From positions 520 to 64,519 of the IMG/VR virus record IMGVR_UViG_3300047171_000080: a stretch of DNA of 64,000 bases, one strand, 5' to 3'. The position numbers and the translations under genes were made by a program. Numbering within the stretch: the stretch's first letter is position 1; each line of letters opens with the position of its first letter. The notes under the pieces were generated by a model that worked only from the letters and a program-made list of their open reading frames with translations, was not told where the DNA came from and made no database searches. The DNA is from a virus (taxonomy: Duplodnaviria > Caudoviricetes). This document shows, piece after piece, positions 29,313 to 38,093 of the stretch.

Positions 29313-30038
29313 TTACGCGCGCGACGTCGTGAGACGCGCACGCGCGGCGGCAAATTCCGCCTCGCTCATCTCGAGCGCGTTCTTGTCCTTCACGTCTTTG
29401 TTCGGCGTCGGCCGCGTGAAGCGACCTTGCGGATCGCGTGCGCGCTCGTCGGCCTCTTTGCGTTCGCGTTCGGCCTTCTGCTCCGGCGTTTCGGTCTCGA
29501 CCGTTTTGAACTTCGCAGGCTTCGTCTCGCGCATCTTTTCGACGACGTCGTCCGCGCCGATAACGCGGCCGTTCTCGACCTTTGCCAGCTTCATCGCATC
29601 CGCGAACACCGGTAGATCGATATCGTCCTCGTCGGTGATGCCCGCCTTGGCCGCAGCGCGCGCGATCGCCTCACGTACGATCGCTTTGTCGCGCGTTGCG
29701 ATATCGGACGCATACTGCGCCTCGAGCGCCTTCTTCTCGGCATCGAGTCGGTCGGCGAGCTCTTTGAATTTCTGGCTATCCGCCAGATCCGCTTTCTCGC
29801 GATCGTCGATCTTCTTCTTGGCATCCGCGAGCTCGCGTTCGACTTTCTCTTTGGCCTCGCGATTGGCTCTGGCTTCATCGTTGAGGCGCTTGATCACCGA
29901 CTTCGCGTGATCGTCGAGCTTGGGATCGGGCTCGGGCGTCGGCGGATCGACTGGCAGCTTCGGCGGATCTGCAGGCGGATCTCCGGCCGGGGGGTCGGTG
30001 AATTGTTGCAAATCGAATCGAAACGAGGGCTTGCGCAT
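29313..30038 (-). CDS. Capsid scaffolding protein
   Basis: Pro-rich linker and coiled coil (RLNDEARANR); AAGGAG SD; start MRKPSFRFDLQQF. Confidence 0.8.
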   Translation of the reverse strand: MRKPSFRFDLQQFTDPPAGDPPADPPKLPVDPPTPEPDPKLDDHAKSVIKRLNDEARANREAKEKVERELADAKKKIDDREKADLADSQKFKELADRLDAEKKALEAQYASDIATRDKAIVREAIARAAAKAGITDEDDIDLPVFADAMKLAKVENGRVIGADDVVEKMRETKPAKFKTVETETPEQKAERERKEADERARDPQGRFTRPTPNKDVKDKNALEMSEAEFAAARARLTTSRA

Positions 30039-30096
30039 GTAACTCCTTGAGTCCATCCGGAACTCGGAAGGATGAGTAATCGTCGGCATCCGCCGA

Positions 30097-31740
30097 CTAC
30101 GAACCGCCGGGTGTTGGTTTGGGATCGGGCGCGGGATCTTCAGGATCGGCTTCCGGCTCGGGGTCGGCCGTTGGCTCGCCCGTGCCCGCGATCGTCTCGT
30201 AGGGCTGGTGCATGCCGGCATCCGCTGCTGCTTTTGCACCAATCGCTTCGGGCTTGATCAGCTGCACGGGCGTCATCGCCGAGCCGCCGGCAAGAAGCTG
30301 AAGGCCGAGCGCGTGCGCTTGAAGATCTGTGCCTTGCAGCGTCTCGTCGTTCGGCCACTCGAGATGACGCTTACAGGTCATAGCCGTCTCGAGATTGCCA
30401 TCGGTATCGATCTCGAAGAGACCCTTTTTGATTCCGAGCAACGTGAGCGACACGAGACCGAGAAGTAAGCCGTCGCCGTAGGGACGACGCTGCCGACGTA
30501 CGACGCGGCGCAGCGGCTTCGACTGCTTGTCGATCGCTTTGCCCGACGCCGCGCCTTTGACGTGCTCGGCGCGCGCCTTCATGCCGCCGATGACCTCGAG
30601 CGCCATCTCGCGGATGTCTTTGGCGAACTCGCGCTCTTCGCGCAAACCCTGGCCCGAGATCTCAAGCAGCTTCGCGTCCGCATCTTTGCCCTGACCGACG
30701 AGCGTCTGCGTTGCGCCGCGCACCATCGTGCCGTCTGCGCCGGTTTGCGTCGCCATGCCGCCCGCAGGCTTTTCGTAGCCAGCTGGAAGCGAGGCGCCAG
30801 CGAAGTCGAGACCGCCCTTGCGAACGAAGAGCATCGGATCGGCGGAGAAACGTAGACCGCGATCGAGCTGCGAAAGACTGTAGTCGAGCCCGACGCACAT
30901 ATCGACCGCAGGCCACCATAGCGCCATGCCATCGACGTCGCGCCGGCGTCCGCCGAGATTCTTCACGTAGATCGCTGGCGTCACGCCATCGAAGCCGTGT
31001 TTTAGCGGCTCGCCGAATTCGACGAACTCGATCGTTGAGCCGTTCTTGCGCTTCTCGCCGAGATGCGCGAAGTCGCCGTCGGCGAGCGGCTCATATTGGA
31101 TCGTGACGCTCGGCCCAACGACGAAGCGATACCAAAACGTGTCAACGCCTTTGTGCTCTTCGCGCGCCGTAATGCCGTGCACTATCGCCTCTGCAGCATC
31201 CGCGTTGATCGGATACGTTACGACGAGGGCGAGAAGATCTTCGCTTGCGGCATTGGTCGACGTGCCTGCACCACGGTAAATCGGCTCGCACCACTTCGCC
31301 GGCAAAACTTCGTAGTGCGGCGCGCGTTGCTCGGAGACTTCCACAAGGACCGCAACGCCGCCGCACGCCCCGTCGAGATACGCATCATTGACGACGTCGT
31401 CAATGTGCGTTTGCTCGATGAGATCGCCAATCGCGGTCGTCGCGTCTTCGTCAGACTTGCCTTTGATCGTCGAGCATCGGATCGTCGGGAACTGCTCGTC
31501 GCCGAAGAGTTCGCCTTGTGTATCGGACACGATCTCGTACGCCAGATTGAACTGCATCGACGGGCGCCGGTTGCGCATCGGGATGTAGCTGCCGTCCGAG
31601 CCTTTTTCCGTATCGAACGAGTAAGGGAGTTCGTCGTAAAACGTGCCCGCGAGCATGCGCTCAAGGCCTTCGAGCTTTCGGTAGCGATCGTTCGCGCCTT
31701 GCGGGAGTTTGAGGCCTTCGAGGATCTCCCGAAACGCCAC
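30097..31740 (-). CDS. Portal protein (SPP1 gp6-like)
   Basis: 547 aa directly after TerL; AASGKA motif. Confidence 0.8.
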   Translation of the reverse strand: MAFREILEGLKLPQGANDRYRKLEGLERMLAGTFYDELPYSFDTEKGSDGSYIPMRNRRPSMQFNLAYEIVSDTQGELFGDEQFPTIRCSTIKGKSDEDATTAIGDLIEQTHIDDVVNDAYLDGACGGVAVLVEVSEQRAPHYEVLPAKWCEPIYRGAGTSTNAASEDLLALVVTYPINADAAEAIVHGITAREEHKGVDTFWYRFVVGPSVTIQYEPLADGDFAHLGEKRKNGSTIEFVEFGEPLKHGFDGVTPAIYVKNLGGRRRDVDGMALWWPAVDMCVGLDYSLSQLDRGLRFSADPMLFVRKGGLDFAGASLPAGYEKPAGGMATQTGADGTMVRGATQTLVGQGKDADAKLLEISGQGLREEREFAKDIREMALEVIGGMKARAEHVKGAASGKAIDKQSKPLRRVVRRQRRPYGDGLLLGLVSLTLLGIKKGLFEIDTDGNLETAMTCKRHLEWPNDETLQGTDLQAHALGLQLLAGGSAMTPVQLIKPEAIGAKAAADAGMHQPYETIAGTGEPTADPEPEADPEDPAPDPKPTPGGS

Positions 31741-31752
31741 GTTGCCCCCTTG

Positions 31753-33225
31753 TTACCGCACCATCTGGAACTCGATGGACGCCGGACCCAACTTCTCGAT
31801 TCGTCGCTCGACGTAGACCATGTAGCCGGCGGCGTCGCTCATGTGCGTGCGCTTCGCAAGTTCGGGCGTCGACGTGCTCTTAACGATCTCGTCGTTCGTA
31901 CCGGCCTTGGTTTTCACGCTGCGCCAGTCGGCTACGAGTTCGGGACACTTGAGCGGATCAACGATGAGCCCGAAGCCTTCTCCACTCGTGCGAAACTGCT
32001 GGTTCATTTCGCTGAGGCGATCGCCGACACTCGGGTTGGCCGTCGGCACGCGAAACATTACGCGAATACCGTGGCGCCGAAGACCGTTTACGATCGATTC
32101 CCAGTTCGTGCGAATCGCCGACTGCGACGACATCAGCTGTGATCGCGCGCCGCCCGATGCATCGCCATAGATGATCACGCCCCATCGCCGTGCGTGCTCA
32201 AGGTAGCGTTTCAGAAACTCTGCGAGTACGTCTTCGGTGCCGGCGTCTGGGATCGCGATCTCGTCGATGAAGTAGAAGTACCGACGCTGCCACTCGGCCA
32301 TCGGAAACTGCGATTGCAAACGACCGTCTTTGTACTCGACTACCGGCTGCTGCACGTGAGCTTGCGCAATCGCGCTGCACTGATAGCCGACGTTGAAGTC
32401 GAGCATCCACAGCAGCTCTTTTTGCGCTAGCCCCATCGGCGGAAGACCGGGCGGCGGCGCTCCCGCGTTCACCGCCCAGTTGAACGATCGATAGGCGCCG
32501 CCGCCCGATGTCGCATACTCGCCGTCGATCTCGACCGGATGCCGGTCTTCCGACATCGACGCTTCGAGATTTTTGACGTAGCCCGGATCGACTTTAAGCA
32601 GTAGCCAGTTATCGCGAGTGGACAACTGCCAGCACTTCCAGCCGGGAACTGCCCACTGCCGCTCGACGAGCTCGTATAGCCAGTGTCCGGGCGCCACGCC
32701 CGTCGGATTGAACGACAGGCGGCCTTGCGGCTCAAGGCCCGGAATCTGCCCGGTGCGCACGTTGTGACGAAGACGCGTGCTGATCGACGTCCACATCTCT
32801 TCGCCGCGAGGTCCCCACGTTTGCGGTTCCTCAAGGATCATCGTCTGGACGTTCGCGCCTTTGACGCGCAACGCGGCCTCGGCCGACCACGCGTGCAGCT
32901 TCGCGCCGTTGGTAAGCTGCAGCCACGGCACGTTGCGCCGATAGGTGAAGTCGACGTTTTCTTTGAGGCCTTGATCAACAAGCACGTCGCGGTAGGTGTC
33001 GAAGAGCCCCTCGCGTAGCTGACGATACGTCGCGCCGATAGCGACGTGATTCGCGTCGGGAAACGCCTCCATGCGTTCGAGCCACAGCCACCACACCCAC
33101 GACGTGGTTTTGCCCGATCCGTTGCCGCCGCGGCTGCCGCCCCATTTCTTGTCGTAATAGACCATCTCGATCTGCAACGGCAAGAAGTCGACCTTTTGGT
33201 CGACGTATTCTACGTCATCGCTCAC
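31753..33225 (-). CDS. terL: Terminase large subunit
   Basis: Walker A GGNGSGKT, Walker B MILEE, FNP coupling motif, LDFN, YGDASG and HMSDAAGY nuclease motifs. Confidence 0.92.
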   Translation of the reverse strand: MSDDVEYVDQKVDFLPLQIEMVYYDKKWGGSRGGNGSGKTTSWVWWLWLERMEAFPDANHVAIGATYRQLREGLFDTYRDVLVDQGLKENVDFTYRRNVPWLQLTNGAKLHAWSAEAALRVKGANVQTMILEEPQTWGPRGEEMWTSISTRLRHNVRTGQIPGLEPQGRLSFNPTGVAPGHWLYELVERQWAVPGWKCWQLSTRDNWLLLKVDPGYVKNLEASMSEDRHPVEIDGEYATSGGGAYRSFNWAVNAGAPPPGLPPMGLAQKELLWMLDFNVGYQCSAIAQAHVQQPVVEYKDGRLQSQFPMAEWQRRYFYFIDEIAIPDAGTEDVLAEFLKRYLEHARRWGVIIYGDASGGARSQLMSSQSAIRTNWESIVNGLRRHGIRVMFRVPTANPSVGDRLSEMNQQFRTSGEGFGLIVDPLKCPELVADWRSVKTKAGTNDEIVKSTSTPELAKRTHMSDAAGYMVYVERRIEKLGPASIEFQMVR

Positions 33226-33872
33226 GCGGTCTCAGCGACGTCGAGGTCAGCCGGCTTCTCCGCTGGCATGAGCACGAAGCGGCGCACCTGCTTCGACTTC
33301 CGTTCCTCGTCTGCGTTCGGGGTACTTGGCTCGCCCGGCTTCTTCCCATTGATCGCGCGCGTGAGCTCGACGCCGCCGCGGATGCTTGTGACGAGTTTCT
33401 GATACGTCTCGACGCGACCCTCACGCGTGATGATGTCGCGACCGCTCTGCTCGCGCGTTGTCGCCAGATCGCCGTCTTTCTGCTCGACGAACTTCGTCAG
33501 CAGATCGTCCGCTGCCATCATCAGGCCTGCGGCGATGCGCGCGTGGTAGAGGAGATCTTTACCGACTTCGGCCGCGATCGCGTCGAGCGTGCCATCTGCC
33601 TGCAGCGTCTCGATCGCTTTGCCGGTCGCGATGTCCACGACTTTGGCTTGCGCGCGCTGCTGAATGACCTTCGCCTCAGCTCGCCCCACATGGGGTGAGA
33701 CCTGGGGCGTCCAGTGCTCAGCTATGCGACGCTTCCGGATCGTCTTCCGATCGATTCCAAGACGCCGTCCGATCGACGCTTCGGACTCGCCGCCTTCGTA
33801 GGCTTTGCGAATCTGTTGCCATTCTTCCGGTGTCCGCGTTCGATCGTTAGCGCGGCGAGGTTCATCGCCCAT
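33222..33872 (-). CDS. terS: Terminase small subunit (HTH)
   Basis: WQQIRKAYEGG...IGRRLGI...IRKR...W HTH; directly upstream of TerL. Confidence 0.75.
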   Translation of the reverse strand: MGDEPRRANDRTRTPEEWQQIRKAYEGGESEASIGRRLGIDRKTIRKRRIAEHWTPQVSPHVGRAEAKVIQQRAQAKVVDIATGKAIETLQADGTLDAIAAEVGKDLLYHARIAAGLMMAADDLLTKFVEQKDGDLATTREQSGRDIITREGRVETYQKLVTSIRGGVELTRAINGKKPGEPSTPNADEERKSKQVRRFVLMPAEKPADLDVAETA

Positions 33873-34124
33873 GTAGCCCTCAAGCCATCCGGCCCGTAGA
33901 GATCGACGCATCCGCGTCGCGTCGCGCGCCTAGCGCGTGATCCAGAGAAAGACGGCCGTCGCGGCGACCGGGACCAGACTCAGCGCGATCGCGGCGCCCG
34001 TACTGATGCAGATAATCGCCGACCTTTCGTGCGATCTTGAGCGAGCATCTTCTGCGCTTGATCGGCGGCGATCCGAAGCGCGCGCTGCGACGAGCTCGGT
34101 GCTTCGAGTGTCGCGGCCTTCTCG

Positions 34125-34463
34125 TTAGTCACACGTAGGGCGTGGCAATTCGTAGTCTACCCACGCCTCGAGTGCGGCGCGCTTCGATGCGTATTCTTTG
34201 AATTGCCGAGGCGGAAGATACGAGCCCGGCTCTTCGGCTCGCACGCTATACGAGCGGCTGTACGTGAAGAGCCCGGGGTTCTTCGTCGACGGAGCGATGA
34301 CGTCGTGCACGACGAGTACGAACGCGCACTCGTGCTCCACGTATCCGCGAACGGGCATGTCCGTGTGCGCTTCGACCGGATTTTGATCCGGATCCGGCAG
34401 CGTCTGCGCACTCGCGACCGCGGTAAGCGCGGCAAGTGCTGCGACGAACGCGAGCTGTTTCAT
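34125..34463 (-). CDS. Secreted hypothetical protein
   Basis: Signal peptide MKQLAFVAALAALTAVASA. Confidence 0.6.
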   Translation of the reverse strand: MKQLAFVAALAALTAVASAQTLPDPDQNPVEAHTDMPVRGYVEHECAFVLVVHDVIAPSTKNPGLFTYSRSYSVRAEEPGSYLPPRQFKEYASKRAALEAWVDYELPRPTCD

Positions 34464-34565
34464 GCGTCACGACTCCGTTTCGGTTTTCTTTCGCTCGCCG
34501 AGGTTCGAGCGGTTGGCACGCGCGAGCTCGACCTTTCGTGTGATCGACATCATGGGCGCACGTAG

Positions 34566-34609
34566 TTGACGGTTACAGTAACATGATGTATTCTTTGGTT
34601 ACAGTAACA
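34566..34609 (+). promoter_or_regulatory. Sigma70 promoter with two GGTTACAGTAACA operators
   Basis: TTGACG-17-TATTCT; identical 13-mers with palindromic core at 34571 and 34597. Confidence 0.75.
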
Positions 34610-34634
34610 ACGCGCAAACGAAAGCGAGCCCGAC

Positions 34635-34835
34635 ATGACCATCCAAATCGAGATCCGCAACGTATACGGCAACGAGACGATCTACCCGGCGAACGAGACC
34701 GCGGCGACGTTCGCTCGCATCGCCGGCACGAAGACGCTTAAGCCCGAGACGCTGCGGCTGGCGAAGTCGCTCGGCTACACGATCGACGTCGTGCCGTGCG
34801 CGGCGCAAGTCGCCGCGATGGCGGGTGCATTCTGA
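34635..34835 (+). CDS. Small phage protein
   Basis: IRNVYGNETIYPANETA...GTKTL motif; follows the promoter. Confidence 0.65.
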   Translation: MTIQIEIRNVYGNETIYPANETAATFARIAGTKTLKPETLRLAKSLGYTIDVVPCAAQVAAMAGAF

Positions 34836-34941
34836 TGGCCGCTCGCAAGTTACCGCCCGTTGGCGCGAAGTGCGACGGTTGCGGCATTCTGCTCGCATCG
34901 ACGCTGCACTACAAGTGCGAGTTCTGCGTGGCGCGCGCCTA

Positions 34942-35178
34942 ATGGGTTTCTACGTTGAAGGCGGCGGCACGCGCGAGAGCATCGTGGAGTACGTGCGTCG
35001 TAATCCCGGATCGTCGCGCTACGTGTTACCGAAAGTCGTGTCGCATTACTATCGCTTCGGCTCCGATCGTTTTCTCGCGATCGTCGACGCGCTCGTATCT
35101 GAAGGGCAGCTGGTCGAAGTCGTCCGCCCGCAGGTCGGCAACTTTGCCGCGAGCACGACGTATTACGCGGCCGAGTAG
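34942..35178 (+). CDS. wHTH-like small protein
   Basis: IVEYVRRNPG...LVSEGQL pattern. Confidence 0.5.
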   Translation: MGFYVEGGGTRESIVEYVRRNPGSSRYVLPKVVSHYYRFGSDRFLAIVDALVSEGQLVEVVRPQVGNFAASTTYYAAE

Positions 35179-35226
35179 CCCTCCGTGTTGAAGGACGATA
35201 CTGTAACCGCGTGCCATTCGACTGGG

Positions 35227-35451
35227 ATGGCGATGACGAGCGCTGAGAAAGTGCGAGCGTTCCGTGAGCGCGCGCGCTCGGCGGGCAAGTGCGCCGTGTG
35301 CGGCAAGGCGCCGCCGGCGACCGACAAGACGATCTGCGATGAGTGCAACGAGGCGGCGAAGGTGCGCGTCGCAGACGGCCGTGCGAAAGCGAAGAAGCCG
35401 AAACGTAAGAAAGCGTCGGCGAAAAAGAAATCGGCGAAGGCGAAGCGCTAG
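35227..35451 (+). CDS. Basic-helix and Cys4 zinc-finger protein
   Basis: TSAEKVRAFRER, CAVC...CDEC, Lys-rich tail. Confidence 0.65.
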   Translation: MAMTSAEKVRAFRERARSAGKCAVCGKAPPATDKTICDECNEAAKVRVADGRAKAKKPKRKKASAKKKSAKAKR

Positions 35452-35950
35452 GCGTTCGACTCGTAGTACTCGCGCTCGACCGCGTCGGTGCGAGCCTTCA
35501 TGTCAGCTTCGATCGCTTCGCGCACGGGCGCGATCGCCATCTCGATGATCGCATCGCCGATCCCGCCCGAGTAGCGCGCTGCGCGCCGCGCCGGATACAT
35601 GAGGCGAAAGCGCGCGCGCGCCGCGATCAGTTCCGCGTTGCAGTCGGCCTCGATCGCGAGGATCTTTGCGCGGTACTCCTCATCGGTGATGAGCGTTCCT
35701 CGCTACACGGCTGCGTGACGCATCGCCACGACTTCGTATCCGAAGAGCCACGTGCCGATCGCGAGAACACGTTCGGTGCAGCCGACCGAATCCGCGCAGC
35801 GCCCGATGGCGGCGGCGAGATAGCTCGACGTATCGACTCGAGAGAGTTCGATCGGGGCGAAGCAGAGATCGCATCGATATGCGACCGGGGGCATCGGTTT
35901 CTTGCATCCCGACGCCCCGTGACAAGACTGGCAGTCGTCTCCGCGCACCG

Positions 35951-36262
35951 CTACGAGGCGGGCTCCGTCTGCCAGATTGCAACCTGAATGCTGTCGTTCG
36001 CATAGCCGGCCACGGGCGCGTGATTCGGGTTCGAGTGCCCGGAGAGCGAAATCGAGAGCGGCACGCCTTGTCCGACAGCGCCGGATTTCACGATCGCGAT
36101 CGCGGCTTCTTTGCCGGCGGCGATCTGCGCTTTGCTCTCGTCGGTGAGCGTGTAGTCGCTCTCCGCATATTGCACTTCGAGCGCGGCAACGGCTTTATCG
36201 ATCGCGTCGCCGACGAGGACGTCATCGGTACCCGCGACGGTCGCGTTTAGGGTCCAGCTCAT
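35951..36262 (-). CDS. Hypothetical protein
   Basis: MSW...SLSGHSNP; coding-like composition. Confidence 0.6.
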   Translation of the reverse strand: MSWTLNATVAGTDDVLVGDAIDKAVAALEVQYAESDYTLTDESKAQIAAGKEAAIAIVKSGAVGQGVPLSISLSGHSNPNHAPVAGYANDSIQVAIWQTEPAS

Positions 36263-36301
36263 GGTCAATCGTTTCTGCGATCGTACGACCGCGGACGTGT
36301 G

Positions 36302-36676
36302 TTAGGCAGCGCCGCAGTAACGGCGGCGGTGTTCTTGAGCGAGCGCGGCTTCGAGCGATTCGAGCGTATCGAACTCGCCGTTTTCGGCGCGATCGCGCAG
36401 CGACGGGTTCATCTTGAGCAGCGGGGCGACGCGACGGAAGCGCCAGCCTTTGAACCGCGCGATCAGCTCGAGCTTGTCGGCGATCGAAAGATAGGCCCAG
36501 AGATCGCCGCGGCATTCGGGCGGCACGTTTTCAGCCGAAAGATCGACCTTTGGCTCTTCGGGCTCTTCCCACGGGATGATCGGTTCGATTTTCGACGGGC
36601 CCGCCGCCGCGAGGATACGGTCATACGAACGCGCGCCCTTCCGACGCATCACCGTGTCGCCGCGGGGTCGCGCCAT
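36302..36676 (-). CDS. Hypothetical protein
   Basis: AGGAG SD, coding-like composition. Confidence 0.5.
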   Translation of the reverse strand: MARPRGDTVMRRKGARSYDRILAAAGPSKIEPIIPWEEPEEPKVDLSAENVPPECRGDLWAYLSIADKLELIARFKGWRFRRVAPLLKMNPSLRDRAENGEFDTLESLEAALAQEHRRRYCGAA

Positions 36677-36922
36677 CGTCACTCCTATTTGGGCGGCAGG
36701 TGCGTCGAGCCGATGTGAAAGCCGTCGCCCGATGCGCACGGGTACACGTTCTGATATTTCTTCGCGGCTTTTTTCGCCGCGGCGCGCGTGAGATAGAGCT
36801 GCTTCTGTCGGCCGTCGGCATTGAAGCATCCGCGGCCGCGTCGCGACGAGCAGAGCGTCGGCGCGATGAGTTCGCGCGAGCTCGCGGTGCCGGGCAGATG
36901 AGACTTCATCCGATCACCACGC

Positions 36923-37038
36923 AAAAAAAGCGCTGCTCTTGGCAACGCTTCCGAATCCGCTAGCCGAATTTTGTGACACAAAACTCGGGGATGACTATCG
37001 ACGCGGCTACAGTATCACGCGGTTTGCGCCGCCGTCAA
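36923..37038 (-). promoter_or_regulatory. Putative late promoter with operator palindrome and attenuating terminator
   Basis: TTGACG-16-GATACT; palindrome 36964-36988; terminator 36923-36950. Confidence 0.55.
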
Positions 37039-37052
37039 CTTTTGCTCGTAAA

Positions 37053-37736
37053 TTATGCGTTGCGCCAGTCGTACGGGCGGCCTTCGATGATTGCGCGGCC
37101 GAGCTCGTACATGATCGTCGCCGTCGACTTTCCCGTCGTTTCGATCGCGGCTGCGGTGCGCTCGGAAATGCGCCCAGTGACATGGATGTTACGCGGAACG
37201 CCCGGCTCGATCCGCGGCCGGCCCGCGCCCGAATCACCGCGGCACTCCGCGCACGAGTGTGTGTTATGGGGACCGGTGATGCGACACGGAAGTCCACCGC
37301 CGCAATCGCATGGCTCGCCGCAGATGAGCGGTCTCTTCGTCGAGCGCGATCGGCCCTTGCTTCCGCCGCCGCCTTGTGTATCGGGCCCGCGCATGAGCCA
37401 CTCAGTAGACGGCTCTTTTTCGACTTGGCGCGCCACGGCCGCATTGATTTCGGCCATACCAATTGGCACGGCGTCGGAATCGTATGCGCCCGCGTTTGCC
37501 GGCGGATCGTCGCCTCGCTCCGCACGCGCGACGTCGTGTTCGGCTGCGAGCGCGTCGACGAACTGGGCCACGCGCGAGTTGGGATAGAGGCGAACGACGC
37601 GTGTCGGCTCTTCAGGATCGCACTCCAGCTGCTCGAGCTCGATCGTCGAGGCTTGCGCTTCGTCCGGCGTCTGCATACACGCGATGCAACGACCGTCTGA
37701 CCCGATCGCATAGCCGTCGTTGGGACAGGTGCTCAT
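37053..37736 (-). CDS. Cys-rich protein with C-terminal GRP/RHH-like DNA-binding segment
   Basis: CxxC clusters; GAGRPR...RISERTAAAI; start re-called at MSTCP. Confidence 0.5.
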   Translation of the reverse strand: MSTCPNDGYAIGSDGRCIACMQTPDEAQASTIELEQLECDPEEPTRVVRLYPNSRVAQFVDALAAEHDVARAERGDDPPANAGAYDSDAVPIGMAEINAAVARQVEKEPSTEWLMRGPDTQGGGGSKGRSRSTKRPLICGEPCDCGGGLPCRITGPHNTHSCAECRGDSGAGRPRIEPGVPRNIHVTGRISERTAAAIETTGKSTATIMYELGRAIIEGRPYDWRNA

Positions 37737-37831
37737 CTCGTCGATCAAGTGAAAAGCCCTCCGCGCACCGATGTGCTCGGAACGAGAGATTCCGCACGCG
37801 GTGGGGCGTTGCTTCGAGAGCACGACCGCCC

Positions 37832-37870
37832 CAAAAAAGAACGGGGACGCGAATTGCTTCACATCCCCGG
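37832..37870 (-). terminator. Intrinsic terminator closing the ncRNA unit
   Basis: CGGGGATGTGAA GCAA TTCGCGTCCCCG TTCTTTTTT. Confidence 0.8.
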
Positions 37871-37942
37871 ACGGTCAGGCTTGATACCCCTAGACCGAAT
37901 TCTATCACGACGGCCCCTCGACGTCGAGGATTCCTCTCGTGT

Positions 37943-38014
37943 TGGAGGGCCCGGGGATCGAACCCGGAGCGGATAGGGGTATCAAGCCTTCCGTCGACAC
38001 CATCGAAGCCCCCC
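37943..38014 (-). ncRNA. 72-nt tRNA-like RNA resembling the tmRNA tRNA-like domain (Ala identity)
   Basis: Acceptor GGGGGGC/GCCCTCC with G3.U70 and A73; T arm CCGGG-TTCGATC-CCCGG; tmRNA-like D region GG..TCGAC. Confidence 0.7.
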
Positions 38015-38023
38015 AACACCGAT

Positions 38024-38093
38024 ATCGTACCATATAAACCTAGCGAGGTCAATAGGTTTGACTTCGCTCGATTAAATAATTATTATTTAATCG
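38024..38093. promoter_or_regulatory. Back-to-back sigma70 promoters with operator palindromes
   Basis: Minus: TTGACC(38052-47)-17-TACGAT with TGn; plus: TTGACT(38058-63)-17-TATTAT; palindrome CGATTAAATAAT-T-ATTATTTAATCG at 38069-38093. Confidence 0.75.

Noticed and set aside
37737-37862. N-terminal extension of the 37053-37862 ORF
   Set aside because: It runs through a clear terminator hairpin and T tract; the ATG at 37736 is more plausible
37943-38014. Canonical tRNA-Ser(TGA), or the second att site
   Set aside because: No proper anticodon stem or purine 37, the acceptor has Ala identity, and the sequence does not match the tRNA-Asn 3' end
37463-38092. N-terminal part of the 375-aa plus-strand ORF
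   Set aside because: Overlaps the ncRNA and promoters; protein-like sequence begins only at GTG 38093
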